From a virus (Duplodnaviria; Caudoviricetes), in the IMG/VR virus record IMGVR_UViG_3300035047_000295, positions 1-40,348 of that record: 40,348 nt of DNA. One strand, 5' to 3'. The notes under the pieces are model-generated. The model was not told the origin of the DNA and did no database searches. It was given only the letters and a program-made list of their open reading frames with translations. This document shows positions 17,051-24,855 of the stretch, piece after piece. Position numbers and translations under genes: made by a program. Within the stretch, counting starts at the first letter, position 1; each line of letters opens with the position of its first letter.

Positions 17051-17945
17051 GATAGTTTTGTAACCTCCAGTACTTTGGTGTGCAATAATCACACGTTATG
17101 TTATTTAGATTAGTTAACTTTTTTGTAGTTAAAAAATCCATTGAATCTTTATCGATGTTTCCGAGCAAAAGTTCAGGAAAAAGTTCTTGACCAATTTCTC
17201 CGCCAGCCATACAACACGGATATACATCTCCATTTATTCTAATGTATAATGATTTTGAGTTAACTGAACATGAAGACATTTTTTTGTACTTCTGGTTAAT
17301 GTATGTAAAATTTACTGAATTCATATCAAGAATATCTAAAAAACAAGATATTCTGTAAGATTCATCATAAGATAAAATAGGAGAGTTATAATCAATTGAG
17401 GGAAAAATATTAAAAATATACAAAAAATCAACATGATTTTTAACAAATTTCACTAAATCAAGAGCATGTTCTTTTAAATAGTTTACATTCTTCCCACTTA
17501 CAATAGTATAATTAAAAATTAGAGTATTAAAATACTGTAAACGTCGTAGATTATTGCATAACAGTTCGAATTTTTTGACATTGTAAAATTTTTCGTACTC
17601 ATCGTAAACTGCAAAAAGAGAAACTCTTAAAATGTCAGCTAATGAAGTATATCGTATCACTTCAGGATCTGGGGACAAGAGAGTTGTTGTAATATCAAGT
17701 ACAATATTTGTCTTCGTTTTTATGTAGAACATCATATCTATGATATCAGGATGAGTTAAAGGATCATTTCCAGCAAGACGAATTTGATTGAATCCGTTTT
17801 CAATAAGTTTATCGACTCGAGAAGTAAATACGTCGAAGTTAATTTTTTCATGTGGTTTTTTATGAATATCGCACATTACACAGTTACAAAAGCATTGATT
17901 CCCAACTTCAAGATAAGCAATTTTATTGGTATTTATATTACTCAT
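17043..17945 (-). CDS. Radical SAM protein with SPASM/Twitch-like C-terminus
   Basis: CFCNCVMC (CxxxCxxC), GNDPL and YIRINGDVYPCC...LGNI...CDYC. Confidence 0.88.
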   Translation of the reverse strand: MSNINTNKIAYLEVGNQCFCNCVMCDIHKKPHEKINFDVFTSRVDKLIENGFNQIRLAGNDPLTHPDIIDMMFYIKTKTNIVLDITTTLLSPDPEVIRYTSLADILRVSLFAVYDEYEKFYNVKKFELLCNNLRRLQYFNTLIFNYTIVSGKNVNYLKEHALDLVKFVKNHVDFLYIFNIFPSIDYNSPILSYDESYRISCFLDILDMNSVNFTYINQKYKKMSSCSVNSKSLYIRINGDVYPCCMAGGEIGQELFPELLLGNIDKDSMDFLTTKKLTNLNNITCDYCTPKYWRLQNYHD

Positions 17946-18235
17946 TTTTCTTCCTTTTTCTTAGTTTTTCTTGTTTTTAATGGATCTTTTGAAATTTCAG
18001 AATATAAAATTTCTTCTGCTCTCCATAATCTATAACATTCTCTGCAACGACCCGAAAAAGAGTACCGAACAGAAACGTGGCCATGTTCGCACGGAGTTCC
18101 ATTCCAATACATTTTATAACCTTTTTCTAACGCTTTTCTTCTAGAGACTTTTTCTTCAGTCTGAGTTGGAGCGTTAGGGCTTCTTTTACACATAAAATCA
18201 AGACGAGATTTAACGTCATGCTTAAGTTCGTTCAT
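17942..18235 (-). CDS. Small zinc-binding hypothetical protein
   Basis: YWNGTPCEHGH...GRCREC; AAGGA RBS before MNELKH. Confidence 0.65.
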   Translation of the reverse strand: MNELKHDVKSRLDFMCKRSPNAPTQTEEKVSRRKALEKGYKMYWNGTPCEHGHVSVRYSFSGRCRECYRLWRAEEILYSEISKDPLKTRKTKKKEEK

Positions 18236-18270
18236 TTTTATCCTTTTCAAGTATTTAAACTTATGAGATC

Positions 18271-18299
18271 ATAATACCATAAAATTTTGAACTTGTAAA
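18271..18299 (-). promoter_or_regulatory. sigma70-type promoter for the replication block
   Basis: TTTACA-17 bp-TATTAT with TG extension. Confidence 0.7.
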
Positions 18300-18317
18300 T
18301 AATTATTTTTAATTTCA

Positions 18318-18369
18318 AATAATTATTTTTGTATCTTATTGTATAAAAATAAGATACAAAATAATTATT
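18318..18369. terminator. Long AT-rich hairpin (terminator or processing site)
   Basis: AATAATTATTTT(T)GTATCTTATT-loop-AATAAGATACAAAATAATTATT. Confidence 0.5.
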
Positions 18370-18374
18370 CGAAG

Positions 18375-18563
18375 TTAAATTATGTCAACGTACTCCATCG
18401 TGACTCGAAGAAGATTGTCGTAGTCTCCTAAAATCGCTTCTTCTTTATATTTTTGAATGTACTCAGACTAAAAACCCGCTCTTCTTAGAGCTTTAATTAC
18501 TTTTCCCATGATTAAAAAAGCATTGCCATCTTCACCGATAAGCTTTACTTTTGGTTTACCCAT
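18375..18563 (-). pseudogene. Small conserved-looking phage protein with in-frame TAG
   Basis: AAGGAG RBS. Reads MGKPKVKLIGEDGNAFLIMGKVIKALRRAGF*SEYIQKYKEEAILGDYDNLLRVTMEYVDII, with TAG at 18468-18470. Confidence 0.7.
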
Positions 18564-18575
18564 TTTGTCTCCTTT

Positions 18576-18902
18576 TCAAAGTCCTACAAGTCTTAACGCA
18601 CATTTAGTTGAACATACAGGGTATCTGCCAGCAAATTTTGCTACTTTTTCTGATATTTTCTTTCCACATTCAGAGCAAGACATCGTCCCATCGAATTCAG
18701 TGTAGAATTCTGGAATACCTCCAGAAGGAAACTGAGAAGCAGTAGGGTCTATGATTTCTCCTTCAATTGTTTTTGTCCACCAATGCTCTTCGTCTTTGTT
18801 CCACAGAGGTTCATAGTACCAGCCTCGAACTAAAGTTAAAGTTGGATCTTTTTTAACAAGTTCTTCTGACATTTCTTTGCATTTGCCTCTTAAACTATTC
18901 AC
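18576..18902 (-). CDS. Hypothetical protein with C-terminal zinc finger
   Basis: GKC...LVRGWY...HWW...IIDPT..QF and CSEC...CSTKC. Confidence 0.7.
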   Translation of the reverse strand: MNSLRGKCKEMSEELVKKDPTLTLVRGWYYEPLWNKDEEHWWTKTIEGEIIDPTASQFPSGGIPEFYTEFDGTMSCSECGKKISEKVAKFAGRYPVCSTKCALRLVGL

Positions 18903-19135
18903 TAAACTTCTCCTCTTTCTTGTTTACAAAGTTCTAACTCTTTCTGTAGCTGGCAATAGTGACAATTTTTCTCTGAGTAGTGGGAAAAGTTACGTTCTTG
19001 TTGATGTTTCTTACACAAATTCAAATTATATTTTTTTTCTTCTCTTTTCAGACGTTCAAATTCTTCTCTTTGCTTTTTTATTAATTGATCAAGTTCTTTT
19101 CTATAGAAGAGCATTATTTTTATATATTTAAACAT
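18902..19135 (-). CDS. Hypothetical protein
   Basis: Translationally coupled ORF with CKKH...CHYC. Confidence 0.6.
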   Translation of the reverse strand: MFKYIKIMLFYRKELDQLIKKQREEFERLKREEKKYNLNLCKKHQQERNFSHYSEKNCHYCQLQKELELCKQERGEV

Positions 19136-19442
19136 TTTTATCTCCTACTTTATGAACTGAAAATGCGTTATAACCAAAACTTGAAGAAGGACAAATTGCT
19201 AAAATCAAACTTCTATCTAAAGAAGTTTGTTCTTTATTGTTAAAAACATTAGGTCTCCCTGAAATGTGCTTTATAGGAATTTCATTCTTTTTGTCTTTAA
19301 CTGCAGGAGTTACGACGTACCTAGAGCTTTCAGCAATATCAATAAAGCTCAAAATATCTTCTTCTAATTCAAGTTGTTTACATCTAAAATGTTGTGGTGG
19401 ACAATCAATATCTAATGTATCTGTTATGAATAATTTTTTCAT
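19128..19442 (-). CDS. Hypothetical protein
   Basis: Coupled ORF in the minus-strand operon. Confidence 0.6.
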   Translation of the reverse strand: MKKLFITDTLDIDCPPQHFRCKQLELEEDILSFIDIAESSRYVVTPAVKDKKNEIPIKHISGRPNVFNNKEQTSLDRSLILAICPSSSFGYNAFSVHKVGDKNV

Positions 19443-20048
19443 TTATTCCCCTTTCATCGCCTTTATCACGGTATTTTCCCACCAGTCTGCCCATGCCTGG
19501 GCACGGTCTTCGGTGAGGTGAACAAATCCTCTTTTAAGGGCTATTTCTTCCCCACAATAGCCCTGATATGTTGTTTCGTAATATCCATCAGGATGAAATG
19601 GTGTGAAAACCCATACCATGCACCCGCATCTTGGTGATTCAATCTCCGGACTCGGCAACTCCACTCCGCTGATTGTGATAGTTGGGTGGGCGTATGTTTC
19701 GGGGCAGGTTCTGATGTATGTCCATCGACCAGATTGTAGTTCAAAGCGTGATATAACTGGATAAATAGATACGCCTTTTAACATAAATGGGCCTGCCCAT
19801 TTATCACCATCGTTTGATACCTCTATTTTTCTCCCTACCAGCTTCTCAGCCTTCGGCCAGTTCAGGCCGGAGAAGTATTCAGGTTCAAAGGGCGGCTCTT
19901 TGCGGCGGTACTCGCACTCGCTTGCAAATTGAGGGCTATACATGCAAGTATGCCACCTAGAACTTTTGAATTCCCACAACTCCCATGGTCTTTTATAGTT
20001 TTTGCAGTCTTCTTCATACTGCTTTTGCAATTTTTCATGTGCCATCAT
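19443..20048 (-). CDS. Hypothetical protein, paralogue of 3759-4379
   Basis: AAGGAGG RBS before MMAHEKLQ; shared sequence blocks with the paralogue. Confidence 0.8.
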   Translation of the reverse strand: MMAHEKLQKQYEEDCKNYKRPWELWEFKSSRWHTCMYSPQFASECEYRRKEPPFEPEYFSGLNWPKAEKLVGRKIEVSNDGDKWAGPFMLKGVSIYPVISRFELQSGRWTYIRTCPETYAHPTITISGVELPSPEIESPRCGCMVWVFTPFHPDGYYETTYQGYCGEEIALKRGFVHLTEDRAQAWADWWENTVIKAMKGE

Positions 20049-20468
20049 ATCCTCCTTATCTATGATTTTTAAACTCATGAACTAACCCACCAATGTCGAA
20101 CCCAAAGACAAACAAAAAGCGTACACAAAATAGCGGTCTGGCAAAGCATCGAACTACTCAAAAAATTCACTCATTTTATCCTCAGAATGAGCCTTTTAAC
20201 GTCATGCTCAGGATATTTAACTACTTAGTTTCAACAGCTCCTCTAGTTGGCCCTACATATCCTTTTTGATTAAAGATTATTTTTTTAGAATCAGGACAAA
20301 TAAGACCTAATTTTCGTACAACTTTTTCAGATAAAAAACTTAATAAAATTTCCTTTTTCATCTGCTAAACAAAAATGAGGTCTTGAGTAAAATACATTAG
20401 ATTCAGTAGTTATTAATCTTCCGCAATACTGTCCTCTTACTTTTCTTTCTTTAATTTCTTTTTCCATT

Positions 20469-20768
20469 TTATTCTCCTTTTTTAGTTTCAATAGCTTTGT
20501 TTGAAATTTGTTTAAAAAACTCGTCCATTTCTTGTAAAAGTTCTAAAGTACCTGTGCATAGCACAGCGCCTAAGGATGCTTGCCACCTGCTGTACATACT
20601 CATTAAAAACATTTGTGAAATTTCTCTAAAATCAAATTCTTTTTCTAAACAACTCAAATGAAACTCTGTCATACTTTTAGAGTACTCGCAAAGTTTATTC
20701 TGCAGTTCTAGAATCGATTCTAGAGAATTCGAAGCGTTTGCATTGAATTCGATAGAAATTTTTGACAT
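20469..20768 (-). CDS. Hypothetical protein
   Basis: AAGGA RBS; 99 aa. Confidence 0.6.
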   Translation of the reverse strand: MSKISIEFNANASNSLESILELQNKLCEYSKSMTEFHLSCLEKEFDFREISQMFLMSMYSRWQASLGAVLCTGTLELLQEMDEFFKQISNKAIETKKGE

Positions 20769-20806
20769 TCTGCTATCCTTTTCTTACTGGTTGTGTGTTA
20801 TCTTGA

Positions 20807-20866
20807 AAGTGGAAGGTGGGATTCGAACTCACAATGACCCTGCTTTTTCTTTCCGTCACTTCCCAT
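20807..20866 (-). ncRNA. tRNA-like remnant (T arm plus acceptor-like stem)
   Basis: Minus strand GGAAG-TGAC...GTCA-TT-GTGAG-TTCGAAT-CCCAC-CTTCCA; no D arm or anticodon arm. Confidence 0.45.
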
Positions 20867-21094
20867 CAATTGATTAATACGTCCGCCTGCTGGCGAGCAT
20901 CCGTTTATTCCTTTCGCAGAACTCACAGTAGGGCTTTCGTCGGTCCGATGTATTTCGGCTGCTAATGGTTGTCTGCGTGATACTAGCACAAGGGGACTTC
21001 CGCTACGGGTTTAAAATAATCGCAGGTGTCGGTCTTCTGCCAGATAAAAGTGCCGGTTTCGTTTTCCATGTCCGTTCTCCTTTTCTTGTTGGAG

Positions 21095-21298
21095 TTATTT
21101 TTTGATAGCCAAGGTGATGTAATCACGACCGATAATCAGACGGTCAAGGTCACCGCGAAGGCGTGAGGCTGCATCAAAATGGATATTGCCACGATAATTG
21201 TCGTCTTCGGAATAAAAAGCGGCGGCCTTTTCTTCAAGAAGCCGGATTGCAGTGCGGAGGGATTCCACAGAATTATTCAAGTGCTTTTCAACGCTCAT
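21095..21298 (-). CDS. Hypothetical protein
   Basis: AAGGA RBS before MSVEKHL, just downstream of a hammerhead ribozyme. Confidence 0.65.
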   Translation of the reverse strand: MSVEKHLNNSVESLRTAIRLLEEKAAAFYSEDDNYRGNIHFDAASRLRGDLDRLIIGRDYITLAIKK

Positions 21299-21327
21299 GG
21301 TTGGTTCCTTTTCTTGTTGGTTAAAAT

Positions 21328-21384
21328 CCTCAGACCCGGCATCCTCCAATACCAGGTTTCGCCGTCTACGGCTCGTCAGTGAGG
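21328..21384 (-). ncRNA. Hammerhead ribozyme, type I
   Basis: CCUCA-CUGACGA-GCCG UAGA CGGC-GAAA-CCUGGUAU loop AUGCCGGG-UC-UGAGG. Complete core with a GUC cleavage triplet. Confidence 0.92.
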
Positions 21385-21385
21385 C

Positions 21386-21535
21386 TTATTTTAAGTGTTT
21401 CCTTGCCCAGGGCCACCTTGATACTACCAGAAGGTAGATATCATTGTAAAACCTGGGAGTTCTTGGCGGGTTATCTGAGGTTACGAACTCCCAAGTTTTT
21501 TGATCCATCATTTTAAGAAATTCACATGCCGTCAT
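21386..21535 (-). CDS. Small hypothetical protein
   Basis: GAGGAGG RBS before MTACEFLK. Confidence 0.55.
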   Translation of the reverse strand: MTACEFLKMMDQKTWEFVTSDNPPRTPRFYNDIYLLVVSRWPWARKHLK

Positions 21536-21704
21536 AGTCCGCCTCCTCAAGGCATTTGGCCAGATGTTCGTACAGGGGTTGTCCAAGAGCTCTGCATTGC
21601 TTATCTATTTCAAGTAGTTCTTCAATGCTACTAAGCCGAGATTCTAACCATTCTACGGTATTTATTTCTTCCGATTCGTTCAGTATTTTTGTTAGTTTTT
21701 CCAT
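21522..21704 (-). CDS. Small hypothetical protein
   Basis: AAGGAGGT RBS before MEKLTKIL. Confidence 0.65.
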   Translation of the reverse strand: MEKLTKILNESEEINTVEWLESRLSSIEELLEIDKQCRALGQPLYEHLAKCLEEADYDGM

Positions 21705-21806
21705 AACAACCTCCTTATTAATGAAAATGATGCCAGGCCCAGGCGTAACCAGCCATAATCCCGGCGATGAAAATACAAAATCTAATTGACCAGGCTTCAA
21801 AACGAC

Positions 21807-21998
21807 TCATTTAAAATCTCCTTTTATTGTGATTCTAGTTCCTTCAATTCTTTCAACTTCGTAAACTTGAGTCAGATCATTTTTTGCAATATATAGTATT
21901 CGACCGTCTTGACCAATTTCAAAGCATACGATGTTTTCAATGTGCTCATGAATTGTACGAGTCCCGTTTTCGTTGTCTGTTACTTGAGATAAAATCAT
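21807..21998 (-). CDS. Small hypothetical protein
   Basis: 63 aa ORF in the operon. Confidence 0.55.
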   Translation of the reverse strand: MILSQVTDNENGTRTIHEHIENIVCFEIGQDGRILYIAKNDLTQVYEVERIEGTRITIKGDFK

Positions 21999-22043
21999 AT
22001 TTCCCCAAATCTTAGTGGAAAGTCCTGATAAAAAGTTAACTTG

Positions 22044-22754
22044 CTATCCGATCATTTTAGTTGTTTGCTCTTGTTTGACTCCTTTATGAATTTGAGTACT
22101 TTTACCTGCGTTAAATCCGGCGTCATTGTATGAAATTCCTCTAGACTTAGAGTACTTTATTTTAGAAGTTTTTGTGTACTCGTTCATAGCTTGATCATAC
22201 AAAGAAACAACTACAAGACCATGTTTTTGTTCGTATTCTTGAATTTTAATCTTTTTGTATTCATTTAATTCTCTTAATTTTGCTTGAACACCAAGACTAA
22301 AACCGTTTAACCAATTAGCTCTAAAAGATTTATCAGGAGAAAATTTGTGTTTTGCTTTGAACTCTTTTCTAAATTCTTTCCACTTAGTCTCGCGTTGACT
22401 CAGAACTACAAACATCATATAGTCATTTGATTCTACATCGCATCTTCTTCCCACAAAGATATTGGCTCCTTTTGTTCGTCCTTCTTGTGAAAGATAAACG
22501 ATTCCGTTGAATCTAGAAATAACATTAAGAAGTATTTTATCATGCTTGTAAGGAGCTTTACTGGTGATTGTTCTTTTATGAGTTTCAAACTTCAAATCTG
22601 AATTTTCTTCTGAAACTGAGATATCGAATTTTGCCATCAATTCAGCTGCCTTGTCTTTAGCAGCTTTTGCTTCTGCAGTGCAAGAGTTATTCTCAGAAAG
22701 TGCAAGAAGCTTTACGACTTTGTCAATGATTTTTCTGCGATCTGTGATTTCCAT
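22044..22754 (-). CDS. DUF2786-domain protein
   Basis: KIIDKVVKLLALSE...EAKAAKDKAAELMAKFDI N-terminus and GFNAGK C-terminus. Confidence 0.85.
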   Translation of the reverse strand: MEITDRRKIIDKVVKLLALSENNSCTAEAKAAKDKAAELMAKFDISVSEENSDLKFETHKRTITSKAPYKHDKILLNVISRFNGIVYLSQEGRTKGANIFVGRRCDVESNDYMMFVVLSQRETKWKEFRKEFKAKHKFSPDKSFRANWLNGFSLGVQAKLRELNEYKKIKIQEYEQKHGLVVVSLYDQAMNEYTKTSKIKYSKSRGISYNDAGFNAGKSTQIHKGVKQEQTTKMIG

Positions 22755-22790
22755 GCTTTCTCCTTTTTATAAGTTCATCTAGTCAACTAC

Positions 22791-22836
22791 TTATTCGGAC
22801 CTTCCACTAAGTGGAAAGTCCTGATAAAGAGTCAAC
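22791..22836. repeat. Intergenic hairpin whose right half is repeated at 22014-22040
   Basis: TTATTCGGACCTTCCACTAAGTGGAAAGTCCTGATAA. The sequence AGTGGAAAGTCCTGATAAARAGTYAAC occurs on both sides of the DUF2786 gene. Confidence 0.7.
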
Positions 22837-22840
22837 CTAG

Positions 22841-23050
22841 TCAACTTTTAAGAACTTCTCGAACTTCCTTTGCTCGAGGATGGCGCCAGTGACTGAGATT
22901 TGAAAGAATGTAAAGAACCTGAACTCTGAACTCTTCAGAATCTTCTTCCATTGTAAGAGCGGCTCTACAATAATTAACTGCATAATTGAGAGTTGTTGTG
23001 TACTTAGCTTTATCGCCAAGAATCAAAATAATTGCCTCTTTTTTAGTCAT
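22841..23050 (-). CDS. Hypothetical protein
   Basis: AAGGAG RBS before MTKKEAI; ends YILSNLSHWRHPRAKEVREVLK. Confidence 0.7.
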   Translation of the reverse strand: MTKKEAIILILGDKAKYTTTLNYAVNYCRAALTMEEDSEEFRVQVLYILSNLSHWRHPRAKEVREVLKS

Positions 23051-23252
23051 TAGCTTTCTCCTTGAGTTTGATGTTTTTTGAAATATGCGGAATTGGTTGA
23101 GTATGTTGCCATTGAATAGCTTGATAATACAGTGTTTCGTACTGAGCTGCTCGATAAGCTTCTCGTTCAATTCCAATTCGAAGTCCTACATTGTAGCCTC
23201 CGATAAAAATCAGAATTGCTACAGATGAATAAAAAGCAAATTTCATTTCCAT
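23043..23252 (-). CDS. Small protein with N-terminal membrane segment
   Basis: Hydrophobic stretch FAFYSSVAILIFIGGY. Confidence 0.55.
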   Translation of the reverse strand: MEMKFAFYSSVAILIFIGGYNVGLRIGIEREAYRAAQYETLYYQAIQWQHTQPIPHISKNIKLKEKAND

Positions 23253-23425
23253 CTCCTGTTCCAGATTTCTGTTAAAGTATCTGTGTTTTCTTCATTTTTG
23301 CTGTTAAGTAAATTTCTGATAGATTTGTCAACGTCTAGTAAACTAGGATCGTCAAGTTCGCTAATATCTAAATCTTCATCAAAAAGCGAGTAACTTCTAT
23401 ACTCTTGAAATTTGTCTTTTTCCAT
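23243..23425 (-). CDS. Small acidic hypothetical protein
   Basis: AGGAGG RBS. Confidence 0.6.
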   Translation of the reverse strand: MEKDKFQEYRSYSLFDEDLDISELDDPSLLDVDKSIRNLLNSKNEENTDTLTEIWNRRWK

Positions 23426-23439
23426 TTTGCCTCCTATTT

Positions 23440-23655
23440 TGCGTTATAACGCGTTATGTGCGTTATAACAAATTTGTCATAACGGTCTTCAACTTGATGA
23501 AGATTGTTATAAGACGTTATGTGCGTTATGCACGTTACGAAGTGAGAGAAGCAATGCAGTCCTACTTCTTACAACTTATAACGTTATGTATAATGTTATG
23601 AACTCATAACGAATTTAACGAAATGTTATGAACTCATAACGTTATGCATAACGAA
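23440..23655. repeat. GTTAT(G/A)/CATAAC-rich repeat block 1
   Basis: Many GTTATG, GTTATA and CATAAC units around the core AGTGAGAGAAGCAATGCAGTCCTACTTCT. Confidence 0.85.
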
Positions 23656-23661
23656 AAAAGT

Positions 23662-23755
23662 AGTTCCACAGACGGCTGTTTAAAGACGATCTTTTTTATC
23701 CATAGGGTAATATAAGGATATGTTGAATCGGTCTTAAACGGCCGTCTGCGGAATT
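23662..23755. other. Long imperfect palindrome
   Basis: AGTTCCACAGACGGCTGTTTAA...TATCC..GGATA...TTAAACGGCCGTCTGCGGAATT. Confidence 0.75.
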
Positions 23756-23763
23756 GGTTCTCG

Positions 23764-23991
23764 TTATCCTTGTTCGTAAAATCCTTTGTCGTAACATTTC
23801 ATGATGTCTGTTTCGTTTAACCGGCAGAAAGTTATTTTACCTTTGATCTGTCTTGTGATGTCGTTAAAAATAATCCATTGCTCATCACGAAATAAATTTG
23901 CTTGATCAAATGGAGTCCCAAATTCTTCTGCCTCAATGATCTGTCCTTCCGGAGCGTAATAACGTCCGGTATTAAATTTAATTTTTGCCAT
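23764..23991 (-). CDS. Hypothetical protein
   Basis: AAGGAG RBS before MAKIKFNTGRYY. Confidence 0.7.
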   Translation of the reverse strand: MAKIKFNTGRYYAPEGQIIEAEEFGTPFDQANLFRDEQWIIFNDITRQIKGKITFCRLNETDIMKCYDKGFYEQG

Positions 23992-24027
23992 GTCGATCTC
24001 CTTTTTTTTCCTGTTTAAAAAATTAAA

Positions 24028-24086
24028 AATTAATTCCACATGAAGAGCGGCCACCGTAGTGACCGCCCTCGGTGTTGAATTAATTG
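24028..24086. other. Long intergenic hairpin (RNase III-like site or terminator)
   Basis: AATTAATTCCACAT..AGAGCGGCCAC-CGTA-GTGACCGCCCT..GTGTTGAATTAATT. Confidence 0.55.
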
Positions 24087-24090
24087 CAGT

Positions 24091-24765
24091 TTATTTTACG
24101 ACTTTTTTCAAAGTCTCTTCAGAAGTTTTGCCGTGTGAAAGTGCCCAGCAAACTTTGTACCAGGCTTCGGTGTAGTCTGAAGCATTTTTCTCGTTTTTGG
24201 TTACCTTTTTAAGTGCCTCGAACAAATCCTTTTTTGTAGCTTCCTTGTTCTTGGCAAAGACGTCGATCAATGTCTGATTGACAACGCCCATCCGGCCTTT
24301 TTTCTCGCGAATGACAGCAGGAAATTTTTTCTTGTTGTCTTTGAAAAGTTTTCTCATGCTTGAAAGAACTTTTGCTTCAGTCGCTCCTTTGATTTTCTTC
24401 GTGATTTTTTCAGCAATTTCATCAAGCTGTTCACGAGTCATATCAAATTTGATTTCAGCCGATGCAACTTCCTTGTCAATATTTTCCTTGACAGCTTTCG
24501 GATCCTCGATGTAACCAAGATCAATTGAAGCCTTAGTAAAAATGGCGTTGATCTTATTAAAAGGAACGCCGCCAGTGAGGATCAATGCCTTGATCTCGTC
24601 ATCCGTTTTATTGTCCTTTTTTCCCAGGCGGATGGTGCTCAGTGCTTCAGCATAAACTTTTTTATCAACTCCGCGAGGAGGAGTAAAAGTTTTGACAGAA
24701 TTTTTTTCGTTTTTGGAAGTTTCGTGTTTGACAACGTCTTTTGCGGTTTTGTTTGCCTTTGTCAT
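24091..24765 (-). CDS. Lys-rich hypothetical protein, first gene of the leftward arm; paralogue of 11199-11870
   Basis: AAGGAG RBS; alignable with 11199-11870 over most of its length. Confidence 0.85.
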   Translation of the reverse strand: MTKANKTAKDVVKHETSKNEKNSVKTFTPPRGVDKKVYAEALSTIRLGKKDNKTDDEIKALILTGGVPFNKINAIFTKASIDLGYIEDPKAVKENIDKEVASAEIKFDMTREQLDEIAEKITKKIKGATEAKVLSSMRKLFKDNKKKFPAVIREKKGRMGVVNQTLIDVFAKNKEATKKDLFEALKKVTKNEKNASDYTEAWYKVCWALSHGKTSEETLKKVVK

Positions 24766-24791
24766 GATAATCTCCTTGGGGCATGTTAGCC

Positions 24792-24855
24792 CATTTTTTA
24801 TTTCGGCGATCTGCGCCTCATCAGCGGTGGTAAAATATCCACCGGATAAAAAATG
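24792..24855 (-). ncRNA. Hammerhead ribozyme, type III
   Basis: CAUUUUUUA-UC-CGGUGG auauuuua CCACCG-CUGAUGA-GGCG cagau CGCC-GAAA-UAAAAAAUG, with an AUC cleavage triplet. Confidence 0.92.

Noticed and set aside
1791-18563. Genome-wide stop codon reassignment suggested by in-frame TAA/TAG
   Set aside because: The two interruptions use different codons, long genes are uninterrupted, and TAG/TAA end genes whose neighbours start immediately (e.g. 31569/31570, 27156/27157).
3759-20048. Diversity-generating retroelement template/variable repeat pair
   Set aside because: Both copies are full ORFs, the differences are not adenine-specific, and no reverse transcriptase is present.
20221-20467. Programmed frameshift joining two short minus-strand frames at a T run near 20335
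   Set aside because: Cannot be distinguished from a homopolymer error or two tiny ORFs, and no stimulatory structure was seen.
20910-20935. Third hammerhead (CTGTGA...GAAA on the minus strand)
   Set aside because: The core is one base short of CUGANGA, and stems I and III could not be formed convincingly.
4-24514. Plus-strand ORFs across the leftward arm (e.g. 4-276, 1668-2021, 2963-3535, 4087-4602, 6349-6735)
   Set aside because: Antisense shadows of minus-strand genes that have RBSs and recognisable motifs.
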